Source: a virus (taxonomy: Duplodnaviria > Caudoviricetes). From it: a DNA stretch of 29,844 nt. Positions 19,401 to 24,870 of this stretch are shown here, piece by piece. How positions within the stretch are numbered: the stretch's first letter is position 1; each line of letters begins with the position of its first letter. Where the stretch lies: the IMG/VR virus record IMGVR_UViG_3300033485_000063, positions 1 through 29,844 of that record. One strand, given 5' to 3'. The position numbers were made by a program, and so were the translations under genes. The notes under the pieces are model-generated. The model saw only the letters and a list, made by a program, of their open reading frames with translations, was not told the DNA's origin and did not search any database.

Positions 19401-20121
19401 GGAGGCGGTCGTCGTCGCTACGAATAATCTCTCCGCGATGATGGCGGCGTACATGGCGGCTCCCGTGCCGGTCGTCGGATCAGGGAACATCCCCGGCGGA
19501 GTCGGATTGCCGGCGCCGGCGCCGATCACTGGCGGGAGCGGGTCATACGGATACCTCGGGCCCGGGCTCGGGTACGGGTTCGCAGGGACGGGCGAAGGAA
19601 CGACCATCACGTCTGGCGGGTACACCTACGCGCTCAACCCCGTTTACCCGGAGGAGTGGGGCGTGCCGTGGGGAACGAATCTTCCTCCGGGATACAATCC
19701 GACTGCGGATGCGAACTGGTCCGACTTGACGAGTGGCGGCGGCGATCCGGCCGCGTTCTGGGCGGAGTCCCCGTACACGGGATTCGGTGCGGATCTGAGA
19801 ATCCCGCAGGACTACTCCTCGGAAGAACTTCGGAACATGGGATACCCGGGGTACGGCATCGGCGGGCTTTCCAGCGGACCGTCGATCTTCGGAGAGAAGG
19901 GCAGGGAGTGGGCGGTCCCGACCTACGAGCCGGAGCGGACGAACTTCCTGCAATCCGCGCCCGCGTCGTTCTGGCAGAACCTCGGGGCGAACAAGGGCGG
20001 GTCGGGAGAGACGATCACCATTCAAGTCCCGCTCATCGTCGACGGCAAGGTGCTGACGGAAGTCGTGGCGAAGCACATCCCGAGGAACGCCGCGATCACT
20101 GAAGCGATCAGGAGGGTCTGA
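13471..20121 (+). CDS. Tape measure protein (2216 aa)
   Basis: N-terminal VGTMFVELSLD, long Ala/Glu/Gln helical body, AFSIAQAVIDTY...GPALA segment, C-terminal GG...GP..FGEKGREWAVP and LIVDGKVL. Confidence 0.93.
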   Translation: MADKRPVGTMFVELSLDATKYKTAQKEILAGAEKNSADIEKAFKTVGATSDKMYQAMRQNIINHLEAIKRSHLLNEDEKVVAAKAAHAKLQKMEEERYGKQVSLLDSMKKNWLAATAAITGAYMAMSKAFDLVEKSAAYAESLENLNMFTQQYSVSGKEMVDVIARNSAGLISVSVAAETATAAMAKGFTPEMLANMAKWAPILDDMSTKVNSSNEAFNVLIDSLSTGRERGVTQLLGATIDLKAAFGEQAAEMTRAEKAMAMYSLVAKRMEEIQKTGMGSTDSYADKIERFKNTLEEVKLTIGDFIARVGAGILAIFQSVAELGSVFASALLAPIYAAMKVTDYFGITKGKADEVKQSMDALAMSADDLGKKAAANFELMKKGMFAVGGTKGAPVKLGLEDAAEGESKKVKALNDKILEDVRKTALAIEQMNMDTYHKELARIDSQAKAWLAEGASEVQVAKWVAKEKEKAGAEQAERDRKLADETSKFYFAEAAKRAKEQDDLLKARVDAEFDAMEEILRGQIYYQEQMDAATGTDPTTMILKREAGEKALLELQQRRLIASITEQTTFEETLRIMAQVRAIDEQIAALKDMTTTDLIVRRIKIEQELLAIQQQQKSLAEDIAFQYQQASLNAMGLTKIAQFAGLSQSIETGKDIYRQEYDAFLELQEKKIQLLEEKGGEQVAINEAFREIDLKYEEMRNKQKIDMLSAGFGAAAEIAEQFYKAGGKQGGAAFEAYKAFSIAQAVIDTYKGAQAAYAAMAGFPLAGPALAVAAAAAAIAAGIARVNAIKNAQPGSASVSSGGGGTVIHAPTGVPRTTVLGAAAGTESESIKNVIDILGDTYDLQSQELTRIRSEMVDLNKNITGLVTSIVRGGKIGTSEGLSLGIDMGSITKWSQNITTQMANVITLGILPGLAETVGKWFGSAANAVFGGSIKKELQGAGIEFKANEVGKILANEYIDAMSYQIVKTTKDGGILSKDKTSTEVIRKSLTDDQNRLFKMVFEGMSESLVGFAERFGQDTQAAMDYVFKTYRLDLRGLTGEEMNEKLQEYFSNTLDQATEDLFGEIIGKYQKLNEGLFETASRLINDRAIMGELLEMTNQQISVSATTVTKTRQVMNEAWTAWKEQVDYIKSTVSSGPFGGQSRAIAALGPEPTKYLEEMYTVIDDGSMKVIEFTETMIEMAGGLDELVAATLKYYDKFYTAQEKLDRLTSNLKESLASVNVALPDTRAGYRDLVENLDLTTEAGQKAYVALMQLSDIADEYYNAKGDEIDATKESTAALLDFERGIRRTWEDLRMQLMELQGDTAGATAMRRERELAEANEILRPLMRAIYAQEDYNAAVSAAEDATSDYESAVEATAQAQRAAENAADRLTKAHEDAADAARELSEAQADLPRVQAEAAQRVADAEQAAVDAADDLSRAQQDLIDTQRDAAQSIIDAKEAAVDAAKDLSDAQADLVETQKDAAQSIADAQERAADAAESLADAQEEAAKSVEESAKRIADAQESLADTIESSAENIANAEEAYQDSLRGITDAQRGILDAERAYADAQQALADELRAIERRGIEARLKAEADARKAEIDRLQQEKEFADDQAQLIGEQLQAQQGMVDRLRSVSATVNDWIAGMTTSELSPVQSREAWEAEYQRLQQIASAPGAEQGDVSAFLSYAKEYLQFQRAYGGDYQTTFDAVMADVQSIGDVIDEQLVAAERQLAATQAADQAARDAAERAAVALEAAQAADEEANKTAQALLEAFDAAADDTAQRLADLRQGIADAAQGIEDAKQELVDAQNASAEAFAAIGEAQVQAQEDIADAQQALADAQAEAAQAVIDSQERIADAQEALAEAQAGIGEAQLAAQESIADAQQQIVDATEALADAQAAIGEAEIQAQQDIADAERSVADAVRDAAEAQAAIGEAQLEADQMVADAQQRIVDAQERVDQTAQEILLAEQEVADTQAALLAAQQAETMAMDRMVAAQEAVVVATNNLSAMMAAYMAAPVPVVGSGNIPGGVGLPAPAPITGGSGSYGYLGPGLGYGFAGTGEGTTITSGGYTYALNPVYPEEWGVPWGTNLPPGYNPTADANWSDLTSGGGDPAAFWAESPYTGFGADLRIPQDYSSEELRNMGYPGYGIGGLSSGPSIFGEKGREWAVPTYEPERTNFLQSAPASFWQNLGANKGGSGETITIQVPLIVDGKVLTEVVAKHIPRNAAITEAIRRV
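17580..19400 (+). repeat. Two blocks of ADAQ-type coiled-coil repeats (32-aa / 96-nt period) inside the tape measure
   Basis: GCGGCGGTCGACGC at 17701 and 17797; GGATGCCGCGCAGAGCAT at 17763 and 17859; 32-aa units such as SIADAQQQIVDATEALADAQAAIGEAEIQAQQ. Boundaries approximate. Confidence 0.8.
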
Positions 20122-20528
20122 TGGCTGCGAGTGAGATGTATGACTTCCTGTCGACGATCACGCCAGACTACAACGCCGCCATCGGCATCACGCCGAAGGG
20201 GACGGTCTCCGATGAGTCGCAGAAAAGCGGCGTCATCCACATCGGCTCCGACGGGTCCGAGGAGCGCATCTCGTTCGGCACTGCGTCGATCTTCTTCATC
20301 ACGATCGGATGGAACGTGCTGTCGGAGTCGGACGCAGGGACGATCTTCGATTGGTACAATGACGCTGCGAAGGCGAACGGGATGCAGCGGTCCTTCAAGT
20401 ACGCATTCGGTGACGGTCACACCTACGTCGTGCGGTTCGATTCGACTCTCACGCGCAGCGGAAGGAATCTGTCGTCCTATGGCATCTCCGGTGTCCGCCT
20501 GAAGGTCCTCGGGCGGATCGCGGACTGA
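20121..20528 (+). CDS. Putative distal tail protein
   Basis: 135 aa, TGATG-coupled to the tape measure; DGSEER, F.I.W..L, G..RSF, YVVRF pattern. Confidence 0.7.
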   Translation: MAASEMYDFLSTITPDYNAAIGITPKGTVSDESQKSGVIHIGSDGSEERISFGTASIFFITIGWNVLSESDAGTIFDWYNDAAKANGMQRSFKYAFGDGHTYVVRFDSTLTRSGRNLSSYGISGVRLKVLGRIAD

Positions 20529-20529
20529 C

Positions 20530-23500
20530 ATGGAATCCTTCACCACACGGCAGACGGCGGTCATCGCCGCGTCGAATAAGACGGTCTACTGGTTGTTCAG
20601 AGTGGTGGACCGGCTCGACCGTGCGTACTACTGGTCGACCGGGACGATGGCGTCCACGGGGAACGAGTCGTACTTGAGCAACCTCATCGGCGGTCCCGGC
20701 GTGTACGATCAGCATGAGTGGGAGCGGGCTCACGAGTTCCGCATCATCAACTTCTCAGGGATCACACTGCGCAGGAGCAAGTCGGAGTACGGCATCCACG
20801 CTCCGAATGATGTGTCTTTTTCCGTACTCAATTCGACGAATGAATTGTCGGCGTCCGATCTGATCGGTGGGAAGGTCCGCATCCTGCTCGTGATCGACGA
20901 CGGCAGCGGCAAGGAAGTCTGCGGGGCGTGGAGGTTCAGGATCAATCACGCCTCACCGACCAATCAGCAGATCGAAGTGTCGTGCGTCGACTTCCTGCAG
21001 GAGTACCTGAAGGGGACGTACCCGAACACGAAACTCATCGACGAACTGTACCCGTCCGTGTACGGGACGAAGGGCGACAGCCTTTGCGTCCCGGAGCCAT
21101 ACGGCACGGTGTACATCCCGCTGCGGTCCGTCTATGCGAACTCGAACAGGTACTATGTCCTCGGTCCCGACACCTACACCTACACGATCACGGAGGTCCG
21201 GTCGCCGCGATCGCTTGGCACGAAGATCACGTGGACGTCCGGGTCGTACACGTTCTCGCAGATCTCATATCAGGGATGGAGGATGTTCCAGCCGCTGATC
21301 GCTGGAGGCGCGAACGGACTGTTCATGTCGGGGACGACGATCCTCGACGTGCCGACGAAGTTCTCCCGGTCGGACACCGCGAGCGTCACGAATCCCGCCG
21401 ATGTCCTCCGGTACGTCCTGCGGAACATGGGCGTCAGCGATTCCGAACTCGACCTCGCATCCTTCGAGACGGCGAAGACGACGTACACCGGGTGGGGGCT
21501 GGAGTGGAACTTCGCGTTCTGGTCGCGGGAGGAACGAACGAAGGTGCTCGCGAACCTGCTCGTGATGTGCAACTCGGTCCTGATCGTCGGCGAGCAGATC
21601 AGACTGCAGGTGCTGTCGAAGACGTCGCAGATGACGCTGACGACGGCGAGCATCATGAAGAACAACGCGGTCGGACCGGACACGTTCCGGTACTCGGAGA
21701 CGTTGCAGGACACAGCGTCCGACAGCGGATATGTCGCGTATCAAATCGACGGCGAGTCGCAGGATGAGTTTCTGTCGGTGCTTATCCCTGCGGACACGAC
21801 GGCGGCGGTGATCGACAGCGAGACGGTCGTCCTCCCCGGCGTTCAGGACACGCAGCAGGTGCAGACGCTCGGGCGGCTGTACTACCGGCGGAAGTTCATG
21901 AAGTCGGGCGACGTGACGATGACGGTCAAGGGGACGTGCGTCGCGCTCCGCCCGGACGATGTCGTCACCGTGAGCGGGACGGACTACGGCGGGACGTATG
22001 ACGTGCTGATCGACGAGATGACTATCAAACCGGACGTGTCCGTCGACCTGAAGTGCATCAAGTTCGGGTACGCGCTCGCCGACTATGAGGACATCACGAC
22101 GGTCACGATCACCCCGAGCACGACCGTCCCGGTGACGCCGTACTCCGTGGTCATCGCTGGGCCGGACGGGGCGTCCTCCACGGGGACCGCGCCGAACGAA
22201 CTGCCGAGCCGCCTGAAGATCGGGACGGGGTCGACGACGATCATCCTCGATCCCGCGACGCCGATCAAGGTCGCGGTGTACGAGGCGAACACCGAGCGGC
22301 TGCGGATCGGGAACCTGAACGGCTTCATTGGCGTGTCCACGAACGTGTACGGGTTCGGCGTCGGGGCTGCGTCGCCGGGGTATCGGGCGAAGATCACGGC
22401 GAGCGAGGCGTACATCGGGAGCGATACGAACTACCTGCAATACGTCGGCGGGACGCTCACGCTGCGCGGGACGCTCAACGCCTCGGACATCCTGTCCGGG
22501 ACGCTCAACGCGAACAACGTCACGATCACGAATCTCTCCGCGTCATCGATCACGACCGGGGACTTCTCCGCATCGCGGATCGTCGGCGGGACGCTGAACT
22601 GCTTGAACATCACGGTATCGAATCTGTCGGCGTCCGTCATCACGACGGGGACGCTCAACTGCAACCTCGTGACCGTGTCCAACCTGTCGGCGAACAGGAT
22701 CACCACGGGGACGCTCGACTGCAATCTCGTGAACGTGTCCGGGTTGTCGGCATCGCAGATCTCGACCGGGACGCTGAACGCTGCGAACGTGTCGATCATC
22801 AACCTGTCGGCAACGTCGATCACGACCGGCACGCTGAACTGCGCAAACCTGACGATCAATAACGTCCCGGCGACCGCGCTCATCGGGACGATCGTCGCCG
22901 ACCGGATCGGCGCGGGTACGATCACCGGAGGCATGGGCGGGAAACTCGTAACAGGCGGTGGCGTTGGAACGGTCGAGGCGACGAACATCCGCACGAACAC
23001 GATTACCGCGACGCAGATCAGCGCGTCCTACGTCTACGCCGGGACGCTGACGGCATCGCAGGTGAACGCGGTGGCGATCTCCGCGTCGTCGGTCACAACG
23101 GGGACGCTGAACTGCACGAACCTCACCGTCACGAACCTGAACTGCTCGACCGCGCTCATCGGGACGTTGAGCGTCGACCGGATCGGGAACCTCTCGATCA
23201 CCGGAGCGAAGATCGCGAACAACACGATCACGGCGACGAAGATTCAGGCGAACTCAATTACGGCGAACGAGATCAGTTCAACCTATGTCTATGCGGGTAC
23301 GCTCACGGCGGCGCAGGTGAACGCCGTCAACATCAGCGCGACCTCCATCCAGAGCGGTACACTGAACGTCACGAACCTGATCGCTGCGAACGCCATCATC
23401 GGCGGAAAGATCGCAACGGGATCGAGCGGCGTGAACACGGCGAACCTCGTGGACTATGCCGTGACGGACATCGCGGTTGCTGCGGCGTCGCAAATCTATA

Positions 23501-23835
23501 TGACGGTGGGTTCAGTTCAAACCTTGTTGACCATCCCCATCACCACGACATACGCGAATACAGTATTGTCCATAACGGTTTCCGCATGGGTGAACCTACA
23601 GTTCACGTCCTCGCAGACGATGTACGTGGAAGTGGACTCCTATGGGACGCCGACCAGTTCGATGAATTATGTAACGCAACCTAATGCGTCGGTGTCGCAG
23701 GTGTTGGCTATGGCGATCGCGACCGGATTCACCGTGGCGTCTCCCGGTCCTCATAACGTGTACGTGAAGGGGTCAAGGACTGGAATGGCGGGTTATGTCA
23801 CGCTGCAGGCAACGGTTCTCGGGAGGAAGAAGTGA
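20530..23835 (+). CDS. Tail tip/hub protein with fused repetitive beta fibre
   Basis: VPEPYG, TNPADVL, LRPDDVVTV hub-type motifs, then 10/20-aa repeats LSAxxITTGTLN and a distinct C-terminal domain. Confidence 0.8.
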   Translation: MESFTTRQTAVIAASNKTVYWLFRVVDRLDRAYYWSTGTMASTGNESYLSNLIGGPGVYDQHEWERAHEFRIINFSGITLRRSKSEYGIHAPNDVSFSVLNSTNELSASDLIGGKVRILLVIDDGSGKEVCGAWRFRINHASPTNQQIEVSCVDFLQEYLKGTYPNTKLIDELYPSVYGTKGDSLCVPEPYGTVYIPLRSVYANSNRYYVLGPDTYTYTITEVRSPRSLGTKITWTSGSYTFSQISYQGWRMFQPLIAGGANGLFMSGTTILDVPTKFSRSDTASVTNPADVLRYVLRNMGVSDSELDLASFETAKTTYTGWGLEWNFAFWSREERTKVLANLLVMCNSVLIVGEQIRLQVLSKTSQMTLTTASIMKNNAVGPDTFRYSETLQDTASDSGYVAYQIDGESQDEFLSVLIPADTTAAVIDSETVVLPGVQDTQQVQTLGRLYYRRKFMKSGDVTMTVKGTCVALRPDDVVTVSGTDYGGTYDVLIDEMTIKPDVSVDLKCIKFGYALADYEDITTVTITPSTTVPVTPYSVVIAGPDGASSTGTAPNELPSRLKIGTGSTTIILDPATPIKVAVYEANTERLRIGNLNGFIGVSTNVYGFGVGAASPGYRAKITASEAYIGSDTNYLQYVGGTLTLRGTLNASDILSGTLNANNVTITNLSASSITTGDFSASRIVGGTLNCLNITVSNLSASVITTGTLNCNLVTVSNLSANRITTGTLDCNLVNVSGLSASQISTGTLNAANVSIINLSATSITTGTLNCANLTINNVPATALIGTIVADRIGAGTITGGMGGKLVTGGGVGTVEATNIRTNTITATQISASYVYAGTLTASQVNAVAISASSVTTGTLNCTNLTVTNLNCSTALIGTLSVDRIGNLSITGAKIANNTITATKIQANSITANEISSTYVYAGTLTAAQVNAVNISATSIQSGTLNVTNLIAANAIIGGKIATGSSGVNTANLVDYAVTDIAVAAASQIYMTVGSVQTLLTIPITTTYANTVLSITVSAWVNLQFTSSQTMYVEVDSYGTPTSSMNYVTQPNASVSQVLAMAIATGFTVASPGPHNVYVKGSRTGMAGYVTLQATVLGRKK
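22470..23460 (+). repeat. Degenerate 10/20-residue fibre repeats (NLSASxITTGTLNC)
   Basis: GGGACGCT(C/G)AAC recurs, often at 60-nt spacing; YVYAGTLTA occurs at 23029 and 23284. Confidence 0.8.
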
Positions 23836-24212
23836 AGAACTTCTCCGTGTATGACGGCACGGGCAGGATCGTGCGGACCGGACTATGCAAGGAGATCGAC
23901 CTTCCCCGAGTGGTGATGGCTGGGGAGTCCTACGTCGACTATCTCGTGAACCCGGAAACGGAGTACATGGTGGACGGCAGTCCAGCGACGCGCCCGACGA
24001 ATCCCGTGACGCTCGACAAGAAGACGGTCACGATCGGAGAGTCGGCGACGTTCAGCAGCGTGCCGACCGGCACGACGTTCGACGTTGACGGGGACGTCGT
24101 GACCGTGAACGACGGGTCGCTCGTCCTGACGTTCGACACGGAGGGGGAGTATCCGGTGAGGATTACCTGCTTCCCGTATCTCGACCACGAGGTGACGATC
24201 ACATGCTCCTGA
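23832..24212 (+). CDS. Hypothetical tail-associated protein (126 aa)
   Basis: GTGA overlap with the tip gene, GGAGG RBS; FSVYDGTGRIVRTG start and Ig-like-looking C-terminal half. Confidence 0.7.
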   Translation: MKNFSVYDGTGRIVRTGLCKEIDLPRVVMAGESYVDYLVNPETEYMVDGSPATRPTNPVTLDKKTVTIGESATFSSVPTGTTFDVDGDVVTVNDGSLVLTFDTEGEYPVRITCFPYLDHEVTITCS

Positions 24213-24454
24213 ACGTGACGCGGGAGTACATCCTGAAGATCGGGGTGCGGGAGGCGTTCCTGAAGGTGTTCAAGGGACTGTTCAATCACGAGAACCGGAT
24301 GCGCCCGCTCTACAAGGTCGCGTTCGATCAAGAGAACCGCATCCGGGTGCTGGAGGGGCGGGCGCAGATCACCGAGGTGGCGTTCCTCAACGCGATCGAC
24401 GACCTCGATCAAGTCACGAAGCGGCAGTTCATCGTCGCGCTGAAAAACCTGTAA
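24203..24454 (+). CDS. Small helical hypothetical protein (83 aa)
   Basis: GAGGTGA RBS; overlaps the upstream gene. Confidence 0.65.
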   Translation: MLLNVTREYILKIGVREAFLKVFKGLFNHENRMRPLYKVAFDQENRIRVLEGRAQITEVAFLNAIDDLDQVTKRQFIVALKNL

Positions 24455-24464
24455 GGGGGACACG

Positions 24465-24617
24465 ATGCCGAAGACGTTCGAGTTCACGGAGGAACTGGTC
24501 GACGAGATTCTCGGATACCTAGGGGAGCAGAAGTACACGCAGGTCGCGCCACTCATCAACAAGATCGGCAAGGTGATCGCGGATGCGGACAAGGCGGAGC
24601 CGAAGAAGGAGGAGTAG
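24465..24617 (+). CDS. Small hypothetical protein (50 aa, MPKTFEFTEELVDEILGYLGEQKYTQVAPLINKI...), not in the ORF track
   Basis: AAGGGGG RBS, ATG 24465, TAG 24615-24617; fills the gap exactly. Confidence 0.7.
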   Translation: MPKTFEFTEELVDEILGYLGEQKYTQVAPLINKIGKVIADADKAEPKKEE

Positions 24618-24619
24618 CG

Positions 24620-24856
24620 ATGGCGAAGACCGTAATCTACCACATGAGCGCTCTCACCGGGGGCGCAGCCAACGCGCTCGACTCCATCGACGGGAACGAA
24701 CTGGAGGACGGGTATCGCGCCATCGTGATGATTCACGGGACGTGGGCGCTGCACCTGTACACGCTCGACGCGGACTCGGGCGCTGCGGAGTCGTCGCCCG
24801 CCGTCATCCGCCCGGACACGAACTACGGCAACAAGCGATGGATCAAGTGCTCGTGA
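24620..24856 (+). CDS. 78-aa protein paralogous to the C-terminal domain of the next gene
   Basis: AGGAGGAG RBS; LTG...LDSIDG..L.DG.RA...Y.LD.DSGA.ESSP..I.P.TN.G.KRW..C. Confidence 0.8.
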   Translation: MAKTVIYHMSALTGGAANALDSIDGNELEDGYRAIVMIHGTWALHLYTLDADSGAAESSPAVIRPDTNYGNKRWIKCS

Positions 24857-24870
24857 TCGGAGAGTAGCGA

